Assembly: GCA_001179505.1 (NCBI GenBank)
Contig: CDMY01000209.1
Location: forward strand, 1 to 64,000
Source: Vitrella brassicaformis CCMP3155
Lineage: Eukaryota > Protista > Chromerida
Reading direction: 5' to 3'
DNA length: 64,000 nucleotides
The notes beneath the pieces are model-generated. The model made no database searches, had not been told where the DNA came from, and was given only the letters and a program-made list of their open reading frames with translations. The position numbers and the translations under genes were made by a program. Shown piece by piece: positions 1 through 13,416 of this stretch (its first letter is position 1; each line of letters opens with the position of its first letter).

Positions 1-14
1 GTGTGTTCCTTCAG

Positions 15-235
15 GGGCTCAGCGGCGGTCGAGTGGCGGTGCGGTGACGGCCGTGCGGCTCATGGCGACGGAGAGCAGTGCCGCCTTGGGTGGGGGCGGG
101 GCGGTGTCCGCCATGATAGAGGCCGGGCTGCGAGAGGCCGACCAGCAGGTCAGACGAGCGAAGAGAGACAGCGAGAGGGGGCGGGGCGGTGGTGAGAGCG
201 AAGGAGTGACGGCCGGCGAAATGGAAACGGACTGA
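15..235 (+). CDS. 3' terminal exon of a gene starting upstream of the window (hypothetical protein)
   Basis: Acceptor ttcag at 10-14, then an open frame (AQRRSSGGAVTAVRLMATESS...GEMETD*) to TGA at 233-235; no recognisable domain. Confidence 0.4.
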
Positions 236-701
236 GTGCCTTGACAGATTTGTGTGTGTGGATCTGTCCAGTCAGGACGTTTATGTGTTTGGTTTGTTGA
301 TTGTGTTGACAGCTGTGGTCTGACAGTCCATCCACTGTGGGTCTCCATCACTCACACACACATGGATCGCCGCCGGCAAGTTATCCATCCATCGGCACGT
401 CAGCTGACATCAGCCACACTCACCCGCACACACAGCCACATCGACACAGCCAGCCCATTCGGTGTGTCGCCCTCCTCTGTGTGTCCCCGCCGCACACTCA
501 CAAAGGAAAGGCAACACGCCACACAGCGATGCAGCTGAAGAGATCTCTTGGGCGAGATACACACATAGTGACCGTCGGGAGCAGAGGGGCGGGAGCAAAG
601 CAATGAGTATGACGTGGGTATGCCGACATCGCACTCATCCACAGACAGACAGACAGACAGACAGACACATACGCAGCCCATCACGGCGGGCCTTCCCTGA
701 T

Positions 702-1628
702 TCAGTCGATGTGTGTTGGCATCATGATGCAGCCGCCCACCAGCCACTTGACGGGCCACCACAGAGACGCCTTCGCCACACCGCCCTGGGCCGTCGGCTT
801 TGTCGCCTTTGGCCCCTTCTGTCTGTGGGGTGTGGCCATTCCCTCCCTCTCGACCAGCCCATCCGCCCAGAGACGCACAATGGGGCCGCGGACGGGCGGC
901 GTCTCGATTGGCTTGACGCGGGACGCCGAGGCTCTCGCATCCATTTCGGGCACCACACCCACCATCGGCCGCACAGCGACCTTCATGGAAACAGAGAGAG
1001 GGAGGGGGGAAGGGAGGGAGACGCAGTCATGTTGGTTGGCAGGATGGTGTCTCGATGTGCCGCAGTTACCTGTTTGTAGTGCGTTTCCGCGGTGGTGAGG
1101 CTGGCCATGTGTCCAATGGCCTTTTTGGCGTACACGAGCGCCTCGACCTTGACGCGCTCGTCCGGCATCAACACCGACAGAAACGGGTGGTCAATCTGTA
1201 CGGCGGACACAGAGGGAGAGGGGCGATGCCGTCCGTCTGTCTCCCCTCTGATGTGTGTGGATGACTCACCTTGAAGACCTCTGCGACGTCTTTGAGCGCT
1301 CTATACCTTTCGAACATCGCCGGCGGCCAATAAGCCAACGCACACACGTACTCCTCGGCACCTTCCTGTGAGGCACATCCACCCAACACACAAAGTGACA
1401 TTCCATCAGTGCAAAAAGGCATCCCTTATCTCTCTCTCTCTCTCTCTGTGCAGTGCAGTGCATTACCTCATATGCGTCGCAGAGGGCCTCCGCCTCGTCG
1501 TCCATGACGCCCCGCTGCACGAGATACCGCCAGATGGACTTGCGCTTCCGGCCGCTCACGCGGCCCGTCGACGGGCCGCCATAGCCGTCGTCATGGGCAT
1601 TCTCCTCCAGCATCAACCCACCCGACAT
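702..1628 (-). CDS. Hypothetical protein, 4 exons (~220 aa)
   Basis: In-phase GT-AG joined exons: MSGGLMLEE...DAYE / EGAEEYV...EVFK / IDHPFLSV...HYKQ / VAVRPMV...PTHID*. Confidence 0.6.
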
Positions 1629-1981
1629 AATGACAGCTCAAAGGCCGATGATGAGCGGTTGATGATGAGACCAACGAGGGGACAGCAAATGAGACAGAAA
1701 GTGGGACTTGAGTGGCACTGTGCGACTGAAGGGCTGAGAGCAACACGGAATAATCGAATGTGATCGTGGAGCAGAGCACCAGAAAGACGTTCTTTGATGC
1801 CGCAAGGAGATATCAAAAGCCTTTTTCACTGTCAGTGTTTCGCGGCCAGGGTGGGGGCATGAAGTCTCGAAACGCATGCAACCACGGTGAGCGACAAGTC
1901 CCCCCCTTCTGCGCCCTCTCTGTCTCGCGTCAAGCCATTCGACCCATCTGTGATCGCTCCCCGCCCTCTCTCGTGACTACA

Positions 1982-2678
1982 ATGTACTACGCTCTGCCCA
2001 GCCCCACCAACAGCTCGGCCAGCTCCGTCTGCGGCTTCGAGACGGAGTACCACGCCGCCCCGGCCCATGGCCAGATGAGCGGAGCCGCCCTCCTCGACTT
2101 CATCGAGGCTCTGGGGTGGACCGACCCCCTGCAGCAGCAGGAGCTGGTCAACGCCATGACCACCTTCCGGGGTCGGCTCACCCCAGTCACCGGCAGCAGC
2201 AGCACACTGAGGAGCGCATTTGAGGAGGTGGATGACGTGGAGATATTCGGGATATCCGAGGACGTAAGAGCGCTGCACAGACCAGGGCAGACAAGGCGAG
2301 AATCATTCACATTGCATGCAGTGCAGAAACACTGATATATGGGGCTGCATGCTGCTTATCCGTCGGCCTGATGAAATATGTGCGATCTTGTGTGGTCTGC
2401 TCTGTGTGTGTGCAGGAGCTGGCCGAGGACAAGCCGGGTGAGGTCCCATCCCTCAAGATCTCAGCAAAGCTGACCGACAAGGTAAAATACTCTTGCCCCC
2501 ATACACACGAACGCCTTCGCACAACGTGTGCACACACAGCATGCAGCCATGTGTGTCGTTCTCTCTTGGCCGTTGTGCTTGTGTGTGCAGAGCGAGACTC
2601 AGTGTGAGGCGGCGGCGAAGTTCTCCTGGGTGAATCCTTTCACCTGGTTCGCCGCCTGCCTCACCCCAGTCTACTGCT
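1982..2678 (+). CDS. Hypothetical protein, 3 exons (~145 aa)
   Basis: ATG 1982 MYYALPSP...ISED, donor gtaag ~2263; exon ELAEDKPG...LTDK (~2417-2481); last exon SETQCEAAAKFSWVNPFTWFAACLTPVYC*. Confidence 0.6.
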
Positions 2679-3739
2679 GAGAAACATGGTTGCTCGCTGG
2701 TGTCGGCTATCCACGCCAAGAAGCCCGCCGTGTGTGTCTCACATATACACAATTGTATATACATGTTGGGATGGATGGATGGATGGATGGGCGTCAGGTG
2801 ACAGCTGTGGGTGTGTGGATGGCAGGCAGGCAGGGGCTGTGAGGAATGCACGTGTATCCCTTTGTCTGTCCATCGCCACTCACCTCACTGACACCGAAGT
2901 GTCCTACCTCGCACTCTATGGTATCCCATCGCTCGTGTTTTCGAGCGCGCTCTCTGTGGTTGTTTTGCTCTGATCCCAATGCCGTGTCGCCACTACCTGA
3001 TGTCGTTCTATCGGATACGGCTCGTCTGCTCCGTTCCGTGCAGGGCAGCTAGGACAGGCCGATCGCTGAGAGAGTTCGTGAGACCAGCTGGCACGATCAT
3101 GTACGTACAGAAGGAAGGTGAGACAGATGCATGCGAGCGATTCGTCGGCTTTCTCGCATCGATCGGCTTGTTGTCCGTCCAACAAGTGGGAATACATCGC
3201 CTGCCTGACAAGTGGGAATCAACTCATTTGTGTCTGTGATGGAATGGAATGGAATGGAATGGAATGGAAGTGATGGATGGATGGCCTTATGGATGGAGTG
3301 AGTGTGTGTGTGTGAATGCTGTCTCCCTCTTGTCCTGCGTGTGGTGTCGGTGTGCGGCTGCCATGCGCGTGAGGTGACGGACAGACAGATGCGAGTTAGG
3401 CTAGCTGCGACAGACAGACCAAGAAACATGGTGTACGGCGGAGGGATGGTGTACAATTGCATGCGATTGGGTGTGATCATGGAGAGCATGGGACCGACCG
3501 ACCATGCCGACGTGTGCGTGTGCAGTGCAGTCCATGTCATGTGTGTGACTGACGCATACACACATACTTGCTGCCTGCCTTCATGTCAAGCTTTGATGCT
3601 TGCCAACCGTTGATTGCTCCATTGTCCACACGCACACCGCAACACAACAAAAACTCTCATCAAACGGATCTCTCATTGAACCAGCCAAAATGGCTCGGCT
3701 CACGCTTCATTTCGCAGACCACACCAATTGCCGCTTACT

Positions 3740-5103
3740 TATATCAGAAGTACTGTGGCAATTGACGCGGGAAGGCCACACCGGGCGGACCTAGCGTCCT
3801 GCACGACCACCGCACACACACAGAGGAGTGAGAACGATCGGTGCGGTGTGGTTTGTCCGTGCCGTCCAGGCCTGCTCACCATTTCCATGATCGCAGGCTC
3901 ACCACAAACTCGCCTGAGTGAGTGAGGCCAACGGACACAGACAGAGAAGGGACACAGAAATGATGCGATGGGCGCCGGTGGTCACACAGTCCACACGTAC
4001 GTCACACATGCCGACCTTTGTAGAGCGATCCCGACCCCTGTGAAAGTTTGTCAAACAGCGTCCTCGCCGTCTCCTTGTCTATCGTCTCAGCGCCGATCTG
4101 CGCGGCACAACACACACACAGCACACACATACACTGCCTCCTACTCACCCACTCACTCACCGACTGACTCACCACTGCATTGACTTTTTGCCTGGTGTTT
4201 GCGTCCGGCGTGCCGTAGGACGTCGGCAGCCCCTGTGATGCCGCAATCTTGTTGAACTCCTGACAGACAGATTTGGATGGATGGATGGCAGACACACATC
4301 AACCAAGCCACCATTGATGTGATGTGTGAATGGCTGCCGGTCCGTCTGTGTGTCGGTTTGGGCGCCCAAATGACATGACATGGCTAGGTACCCTACCTAC
4401 CGTCATCATGACAGGCTTGCACTCGAGCTTCCGTGTCTTGGGGTCAAACAGCGTGACGAGGGGCCACTTGAAGTCCAGGCCGCTCACCTTGTTGCCGAAC
4501 TCCTGCTTGCTCAGCACCTGCTGCTGACCGTACAGCTGATGGATGAACAGATGACAGTCAGGCATTACCACAGCAGATAAGAGATGGATGGATGGATGGA
4601 CTATAGCCAGCCCTCACTCACTGACTCACTCACCCTGTCGACTGCATCTCTGCTGATTTGGAACTCTGCTGGCGGGAAGGTGCCGAGGCAGTCGACAGCT
4701 GACAGCCTCCCGATGATCTTGATGATCTCCACCACCGGCACCTAATTGACACACACGCGCACACGGACACGCAGATAGACAGACGGGCGACAGACATGCT
4801 GTGTGCCCGTGGGTGAGTGCATTCAGTGCACTCAGTGCATGCGCACCCCATAGGCCAGGGTCGAGTGTGCTCGGCCGTGAAGGGTGGTCCTCCCCTCCAG
4901 CCGCCGGCCGCCCTCCACACATGCAAAGTGCCGAAAGGCCTTCCTCCTCCTGCGACCAATTTCCGATGCTGCAAACCAAACACCCAGAAAATGATCAAAG
5001 GAACGCACGTTGGCTGACGTCGATCTGCCTGTTGTGTCCTGACATCACCATGGCTGCAGGTGAGTGCGACGACAGATGCGAGGAAGGCAAGAGCAGCCTT
5101 CAT
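3740..5103 (-). CDS. Putative secreted protein with a degenerate EF-hand-like segment, multi-exon
   Basis: Signal-peptide-like start MKAALAFLASVVALTCS; exons VPVVEIIKIIGRLSAVDC..., LYGQQQVLSKQEFGNK..., QEFNKIAASQG..., TARTLFDKLSQGSGSLYKGEFVVSL. Exon 1-2 phase and the 3' end are uncertain. Confidence 0.5.
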
Positions 5104-5386
5104 GATGCGTTTGTGATTGCGGTCAGTCTTGACGGGCAAACGGCTCCTCTCGGAACAGCCTGCAGGCCTCAAACCCCTTACCTTTTTCTCCTGCTGTTTG
5201 AGATCGGCCTGCGAGCTTAGCTTGCTGGAGAGAGAAGGGAAAGTGCCGCTGCGAGGCAGTCCGTTGAGCTGTACTGCGCCTGGAATTTGGCGGAAAGCAT
5301 CGCTCCGTTTGATTGATTGCCGTTTTATCTATCTCGCCCCGGATCTCGTACGCGTCGGTGTTCAGTGTGCCGAGGTGAGGAAGAAG

Positions 5387-6735
5387 ATGGCGCAGCCATC
5401 GCCCAAGAAGGTGCTGCTGATGGGCCGCGCGGGAGCGGGCAAGACGTCGATGCGGTCCATCATCTTCGCCAACTACCTGGCTCGGGAGACGAAGCGCTTC
5501 ACCTACACGAACCACGTGGAGCAGTCGCATCTGCGGTTCCTGGGCAACCTGATCTTGTCGCTGTGGGACTGCGGCGGGCAGGACACCTTCATGGAAAACT
5601 ACTTCGAGAGCCAGCGGGAACACATCTTCCGCAACTGCGAGGTGCTCATCTACGTCATCGGCCTCTCACCCGCCACCATCGACATCGCCCTCAAGTCCAG
5701 CGGCGGCAACGAGCCCTCCGGCGCGCAGAGCAAGCCGCCGGCGACGACCAAGGAGTTCGAGAAGGACTTTGTGTACTGGAAGCAGACGGCCGAGTCCATC
5801 AGGCAGTTCTCCCCGTTCGCCACGGTGTTCTGCCTGGTGCACAAGATGGACCTGGTCAAGGAGCAGGACCGAGAGCGGGTCTTCGCCTTCTATGACGGCG
5901 AGCTGCGGCGGCTGGGCGGCGACCTCAGGCGCATCCAGACCTTCGCCACGTCGATATGGGACGAGACGCTGTTCAAGGCCTGGTCCGACATCGTCAACTG
6001 CCTCATCCCGTATGTCAACGTCCTCAACGCCCACCTCAAGCACTTCTGCAGTGTGGCGCAGGCCGACGAGGTCGTGCTGTTCGAAAAATCCACATTCCTG
6101 GTCAGGCACTAGAGTGAGAGGGCAAGCCGTCGGCTGGCTAACACAGTGTCTGTGTCTGGGTGTGGGTGTGGGTGTGGGTGTGTGTGTGCAGGTGATAGCA
6201 TCTGCCAGCGACGAGCACCACAAGGATCCCCATCGCTTCGAGAAGATCTCCAACATCGCCAAGCAGTTCAAACTCACCTGCGGCAAGTCACAGGCCAGCC
6301 ACACACACACTCACACACACACACACACAGAGACAGACAGACACACAGACAGACATTGCACTGTAAACCGTGTATCTGTGTAAGCCTGCCGGGGTGTGTG
6401 TGTGTGTGTGTGGTGTCAGGCCAACTTCACGACCCTGACGGTGCAGAATTCCTTCTTCCGCGCCTTCATCGACAAGTTCACCGACAACACATACATCATG
6501 GCCATCATCACCAACAAAGGTCAGTCAGTGCTGGCCTGGCGGTGGGGGCAGCCAGGCAGGGGACGGACTGACACACGGACAGACAGATCTGTGTACCTAG
6601 ATATCTCATGGGCGGTCCATGTATGTCTGTGTGCTCTCAGAGGTTCCGTCCGCCGCCGTGCTGATCAACATCGATCTGGCCAGGTCGCACTTTGACCGAA
6701 TCGCCGCCAGCATGCCGTCAGGGCCCACACTGTGA
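5387..6735 (+). CDS. RRAGA: Rag GTPase A/B (Gtr1 family), 4 exons
   Basis: [48 protein letters not shown] and C-terminal [14 protein letters not shown] match RagA/Gtr1. Exons 5387-6100, 6192-6293, 6420-6519, 6641-6735. Confidence 0.96.
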
Positions 6736-7222
6736 ATGATGTGCCTGTCTGATGAGGGTTTGGGGGAGGTGAGCTGCACACACCGTGTGTGTGCCGTGCT
6801 GCTTCACTCTCACTCACTGATTGCAAAACGTGTATATGGATTCACCGACTGAGGCTGCCGCCCCGCCGGGTATTTTTGCCGGCCATCAGGTAGGTAGGAA
6901 GGATGACTGACTGACTGACTGACACCTGCAGGCAGCAGATCGGTTCTCACTGTCCATGCTGGCTGCGTGAATGAATGACACTTGTACACTCTGACTGACT
7001 GCATCCCTCTGTGGAATTATCATCATTCACTGCCTCTCAGCGGCACTGCCGTCTCCCTCCCTTCGTTACACGTGACGCTCTCTAAATCACCACTGAGCGC
7101 GGATCTCTGACGGCCATTATTTGCATCTTGTGGAGCCGCATTGTGTGAGAAGGGGACGATCAGGTCAGGCGGTGGTGGTGTGGTGACGGTGACAAGCGCA
7201 GCGTGGCGTTGGGTGGCGATCC

Positions 7223-9992
7223 ATGGGGGATAAGACGAGCACGGTCTTGTACGGCGTCCCACCCTCCGTCTTTGTCAGCAGCGACCTCATCAAGGGCAGC
7301 AACCTCACACACCACATCCTCAGCCCGCCATCCAAAGCACAGCAGGACATGACGGAGTCCACCACTACCGAACACGAGACGGAGCAGACAGACAACCACC
7401 ACACCGAAGGCGCCACCAACGGGGCGACACAGCAGGACAGCCAGCAGGACCACCAGCCACAGGGCCAGTATGATGTGGTGATTGTGGGAGCAGGCCCCAG
7501 TGGCCTCACTCTGGTGAGCAACAGAAGCACTGCACTGGAGTGGGCGGCTGATCTCTCTCTCTCTCTGTGTGTGTGCGTCTGTGTATGTGTGTTTGTCAAG
7601 GCTGCTGATTTGGCCCGTCGCGGCGTCCGGTTTTGCGTGTTGGACAAGGATGACCGCGAGATGCCCATCAGCAGAGGGGTGTGCTGCCACGCAAGAACAC
7701 TCGAGCTATTCGAAAGTGAGCCGCTGACTAAGGGGGATGGCTGAATGACAGCAGGGAGGGAGCCTCTCGCTCTGCGTGTGTGTGTGTGTGTGTGCATCTA
7801 TCTGCACAGGCTTGGGTGTGGTGGACGAGATGATGGCCAAAGGGATGGAGATCACAGGGGAGAGACTGTTCGTCGACGGCTCCGTCGCCCTCGACTGGTC
7901 GGCGTCCCACCGACAGCAACGCAAAGGACACACACACACACACGCATGGCTTCTTGAGTTTGCCGCGGTGTGGTGTGGTGTGGTTGCTGTGACTGTGCAG
8001 GAGCTACGACCGTGTCGACTCGCCCTACCCCTTTCCATTCCTCGTCCCCCAGTGCGACATCGAGACCATCCTGGCTTCCAAGATCCCCCCACAAGACATC
8101 ATCCGCCCCGTCAGAGTCGACGCCATCAGCATCGGCACACTCCCAGATGAGGGCGTCGGCGTCACCCTCACACCTCTCCGCAGCAGCACCAAGGGCAAGG
8201 GCAAGGATAGGCAGCGCGCTAAGGGAGAGGATGGTGAGAACGGTGCGCCGACTGAGGTGGGCGGGGATGAGGGCGGCCAGCGGATTGAGAGGAGGGACGA
8301 CGCACTGGTTCCCTCTGGGCCATCTCGGACCATCACGGCCAAATACATCGTCGGCGCAGACGGCGCACAGGTGAGAATGCCGCCGATTAATCACTCACCA
8401 CACGATTGTTTCCCTGTCTGTCTGTCTGTCTGTCTCTTCCTCCTTCAGTCTGTCGTCAGAAAAGCCATGGGCGTGGGGTTCCACGGCACCACCCTGCCCT
8501 TCGAGCTCATCGACTGCGACGTGCGCATGCAGTGGGGCGTGCCCCGCGAGAAGACCCGCACCAAGTTCAACCTCCTCACAGCAGAGGGCAGGATGGTCTT
8601 GGGGGTGGCGCTGTCCGACGACCGATGGCGGCTGGTGACCACCCGCCCCCTCCCCACCAGCAATCCATACGAGCTCCTCGACCCCGCTTATCGCCCTCTG
8701 CCATTCACCAAGGAGGAGCTGGAGAAGGCCGTGTGCCAGGCGGTGCCCGGGACGGAGATCTATGAGATTATGTGGGGCGACGCCTTCTCCATCAACTCGC
8801 GTGTGGCCGAGAGCTTCCAGCTCGGCAACGGCTTCCTCTGCGGAGATGCGGCACACCTCTCACCGCCTATTGGTCGGCCGAAACACCCACATGGACAGAT
8901 GGATGGATGGGACGTTTGAGGGAGTGGTGCCAGCCACTCGTATGTATGTTCTGTCTGTCTGTTTGCAGCGTATCAGGGTCTGAATGTGGGCGTGCAGGAC
9001 GCCATGAACCTCTCGTGGAAGCTCGCCCGCGTGGTTCGCGGGACGGCCTACTCGTCACTGCTCGAGACGTATCAGGCGGAGCGAAAACCGATCGACGGTC
9101 AGTCAGTCAGTCAATCGAGACACGCCTTCACACCTAGGGCCGTGTCATGACTGCGTGTGTGTGTCTGTGCATGGCCCTGTGTGCAGAGATCATTGTGAGG
9201 AACACATCTCGGGGATACAAGGAGCTGGTGGAAGCCAAGCCACGTGAGATCTCCATCCATCCATCCATCCGCCCACTCACCCAACCGTGTACATGTGTGT
9301 GTGTGTGTGTGTGTGTGTGCAGAGGGCCTCACCCATTGGCTTCTGAAGAACGTCCTCCCGCGCATCTTCGGGCTCAAGAGCGTCGGCAGGCACCTGAGCA
9401 AAGCCATATCAATGACCTCACAGAAATACCCCCACTCCGAGTGAGACAAGACAGACACAGGCAGACAGACAGGCAGACACACACAGACAGCCGGGCACAC
9501 CCACCCCACTCAGCCGAAGCAAGCAGCCGCGACGAATGCATCGATGGCATGCTCCCTCCCTCCTCTGTCTGTCTGTCTGTCTGTCTGCAGGACGCATATG
9601 ACCCTGACGGGCCCGGCGATGATGCCGAAGGCGGTGGAGCCGGGGTCGAGAGCACCTGACGCGCGAATCGGGCTGGTCAGCCAGACACACATTGGCCTCT
9701 ACACATTCCCTCCCCACATTCCCCTCTACGGCGAGTGCGTGTGTGTCTCAGTTGCGCGAGAACCGTGTATCGTTCCAGGGCCGTCTGCACCAGCTGTACG
9801 CGTCGCCCCACTTCACGCTGCTGCTGACGGCGCGCATCCCCGACCCCAAGCCGCCCTCCAACAACGGGCTCATCTGCGGCTGCTGCGACATCTGCATGGA
9901 CGGCGCCAACATGTACTCCGGCACCTACCCACAGGCAGCCGACTCTGCCAGTGAGCCAGATGGACACACAGAGGGCTGAGTGACGGACAGCC

Positions 9993-10031
<39 letters not shown>

Positions 10032-10782
10032 TGTACGTGTGTGTGTCAGTGGGTCGGTGTCTGCTGCAGATGGTGCGTTTGGCTGACGACGTGGTGCGGC
10101 GGCTGGGGTGCCCCAAGAGCGAGCCCAAGGGCGGCGCCAGAGTGATCGTCGTATTCACCGCCGGAAAGGTGAGGCAGAGACATCCATCCATCCATCCACC
10201 GATACCCACCCACCCACGCGCACCAACACACCCTAGATACACGCGTGTGAGTGTCTGTGTGTGTGGGTGGTGGTGGGTGCGTGTGCAGCCGGCCATCGTG
10301 CCGACCAATGCGAGCGGTGAGGGTCTGGCTGAAGTCCTCAAGGACGTCAAAGCCAAGTTCCAAGTCTCGTAAGCGACTCTACCGCACCGCCACACACATA
10401 CACGTGCCCCATGCGTGTCTATTTGTGTGCGCGTGCGCGCGTGTGTGTTCAGCATTGGGTGTCGGTGCCCCACATTCGACTTGGAGGTCGGGTGGGACAT
10501 GGACGGGGAGGTCATGGATAAGTACAGGGTGCCGCTCAAGCCCAAGACGCACCCCGGGGCCTGGTTCTTCATCCGACCCGACGGCTACATCTCCCACCAC
10601 GGTATGCCATCCCACGCACGCACGCACGCGTCAACAAACAGGGCGGCAGGAGTGATTGCGGGTGTGTGTGTGTATGTGTGTATATGTGTGTGTGTGTGTG
10701 TGTGGGTGATTAACAAACAGGTTTTGCGGGCGACCATGTGGCTGAGCGCCACCTCACCGACTGCCTCACCCACTACTTCTGA
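7223..10782 (+). CDS. FAD-dependent aromatic monooxygenase (FAD_binding_3, PheA/TfdB/RdmE-like), many exons
   Basis: YDVVIVGAGPSGL, YIVGADGAQSVVRK, LCGDAAHLSPP..YQGLNVGVQDAMNLSWKLA, PGSRAPDA and C-terminal FIRPDGYI motifs. Confidence 0.92.
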
Positions 10783-11764
10783 CCATTCATTCTGACTCAC
10801 TCACTTGTGTGATCGAACCCGTGTGTGTTGTAGCCCATCCATCTCCTTTATCTCTTTTGTCCACCCTCTCGGCTGCCTGCCCTGCAGAGGAACGAGGGGC
10901 GCGGCCCTGAGATCTGTCGCTTGCATGGCAGGGTGGAGACGAACACAACTCTCTCACCTTGCCGCGACAGACTCCATGGCTGTGCCCTTGCAAGCACGTG
11001 GGTGGGTGAGAGAGAAGGCCCCGAAGACGGCTGTGGGCCCTTTGCTTACTTTTTTTTGTTTACTTGCTGATGGAGACAGAGCAGAGAGAGAAATGGGGTG
11101 GCATGGCTTTGTGGGTCTTAAGAGGAATGGGCAGGCGTTCGTCTGTGCGTGTGAGTGTCGGCTGGCTGCGTAGAAAGAAGACCTGTTTGTATGCAGCCTC
11201 CCTCCCGCTCGCACCGCACACCTCTTTATGGGGTTTTGCGTCACCTGAATGAGTGAGTGATCTGTGTGTGTGTGCAGCTGTAGTGTGCCCCCGTCCGCCG
11301 CCACCGTGTCTGTCTCTCTGAGTGTGTCTGTGTCCGTATCTCTCTCACGCACCTGAGTACTTCTGTGCCTGCCTGATTGGGGTGGTAAGTGAGGGTGACC
11401 GACTGAAGGAGAAAGGCGTAGAACTTTACTGTAGGTGAGCGCGCACACGGCCAGCGCAGGCAGCTTTCGTGTATGTGGCGTACGGCTGGCCAGAAGCGTG
11501 TGCATATGTGTGTATGTGTGTGTGCCTGTTGGTTGTCTTTTTCCCCGTGCGTGCACGCAACGGGCCATGGTGCACAGCCCAGCCCAGCCCAGCCCACGCC
11601 CTCGGTATCGATGTGTGTGTGCGTGAAGCGCAGCGAGTGTCAGGAATGACTGTTTATGTCATATGGGAGGGATACGTGTGCCAAGCACATCCATCCATCC
11701 ATCGATCGTGACAGTGACAGCGAGAGCAGGTGGGTAATTGGCTTAAGCGAGAGAAGAGAGAGGT

Positions 11765-12064
11765 NNNNNNNNNNNNNNNNNNNNNNNNNNNNNNNNNNNN
11801 NNNNNNNNNNNNNNNNNNNNNNNNNNNNNNNNNNNNNNNNNNNNNNNNNNNNNNNNNNNNNNNNNNNNNNNNNNNNNNNNNNNNNNNNNNNNNNNNNNNN
11901 NNNNNNNNNNNNNNNNNNNNNNNNNNNNNNNNNNNNNNNNNNNNNNNNNNNNNNNNNNNNNNNNNNNNNNNNNNNNNNNNNNNNNNNNNNNNNNNNNNNN
12001 NNNNNNNNNNNNNNNNNNNNNNNNNNNNNNNNNNNNNNNNNNNNNNNNNNNNNNNNNNNNNNNN
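11765..12064. other. Assembly gap (300 N)
   Basis: Run of exactly 300 N; likely placeholder size. Confidence 0.99.
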
Positions 12065-12657
12065 GGGATGTGGGTAGGAGGATTTCTATCCGTCTAGCCT
12101 TTGTGTCGGGCTGGTGGATGGATGCTATGCGTGTGTTTGTCTGTGTGTGTATGATTAGAGGCCGGCCAGGGTGAAATCAGGAGGTGGGCGGGGCGGGGCG
12201 GGAAAGGGGAACGGGTGGCTCGTCGTCTGTCTGTCTGTCTGATAAACTCCGTGCTCGTCGTACATATGTGTGTATGTCTTGTCTGTCTGCCGTTTGCTAT
12301 CATTCCTTCGTGTCACCCACCTTTTAAGGTCAGGCATGCCTACAGTGGTAATTTTCACACTTTGTTGTTTGATGAGTGAGGGGATCCATCCATCAACGCA
12401 ATGCTCCCTCCCTCCCTCCCTCCCTCTCTCCCTCCCCATAGCTAGTCTCGCAATGCTCCTCTCTCCAACTCGTTTGGCCGGATAGCTCTTCGTGTGTTGT
12501 GTTGTGTTGTCTGGAGTATTAGTATTTTTCGGGCAACGAGCGGAAGGGAGGAGAGGGGGCTGATAAACGTGGTCCGGTCGTTAAGCAAGTGGACTTTATG
12601 AAACGTACTAAGTATCTGGCAGCTGCACAGATGGATGGGATGGGGGGGGGGGGGGGG

Positions 12658-12957
12658 NNNNNNNNNNNNNNNNNNNNNNNNNNNNNNNNNNNNNNNNNNN
12701 NNNNNNNNNNNNNNNNNNNNNNNNNNNNNNNNNNNNNNNNNNNNNNNNNNNNNNNNNNNNNNNNNNNNNNNNNNNNNNNNNNNNNNNNNNNNNNNNNNNN
12801 NNNNNNNNNNNNNNNNNNNNNNNNNNNNNNNNNNNNNNNNNNNNNNNNNNNNNNNNNNNNNNNNNNNNNNNNNNNNNNNNNNNNNNNNNNNNNNNNNNNN
12901 NNNNNNNNNNNNNNNNNNNNNNNNNNNNNNNNNNNNNNNNNNNNNNNNNNNNNNNNN
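12658..12957. other. Assembly gap (300 N) flanked by poly-G
   Basis: 300 N with G homopolymers on both sides. Confidence 0.99.
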
Positions 12958-13416
12958 GGGGGGGGGGGGGGGGGGGGGAGGAGACGACAGTGGAGGCAGG
13001 CAGATTGCACTGTTGACTGCCTTTGCTGTCTTAACTCCCGGCCCCCAATCACTCACCCCTCTCTCTCTCCACTCCCGAGATGGTGCTTATTCACAGTCCG
13101 CTCCCCTCCTTAGTGCTATTTATAGTTCGGTGCTTGTGAACATCATCATGATTGACGTGGCAAACACCTGCATGGCCTGCAGTGGGACCGGCCGGCGGCC
13201 ATTGTTTTGTGGCCGGCCTGGCCTGACCTGGCCTGGCCTGCGAACTCGACTCAGTCACTCCAATAACGAGCTATAGCTTCTCTCAAAGTGCAAAGACACA
13301 ACACTGCAACTCAGTCGATTGATTGATTACACAACCCAACTCAACACGGCGAGAAGAAAACTGTTGTCACTCATCGTCTCAAATCTGTCCACAGATAGTT
13401 CCTGCCTGCCTGCCTG

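Noticed and set aside
3241-3270. (GGAAT)n as satellite or contamination
   Set aside because: Only about five to six units in SSR-rich context.
2790-3620. Small gene between the 1982-2678 gene and the secreted protein
   Set aside because: Splice-like signals occur on both strands but no consistent in-phase model could be built.
12641-12978. Poly-G tracts as G-quadruplex elements
   Set aside because: They abut a gap, so length and context are unreliable; typical sequencing drop-out sites.
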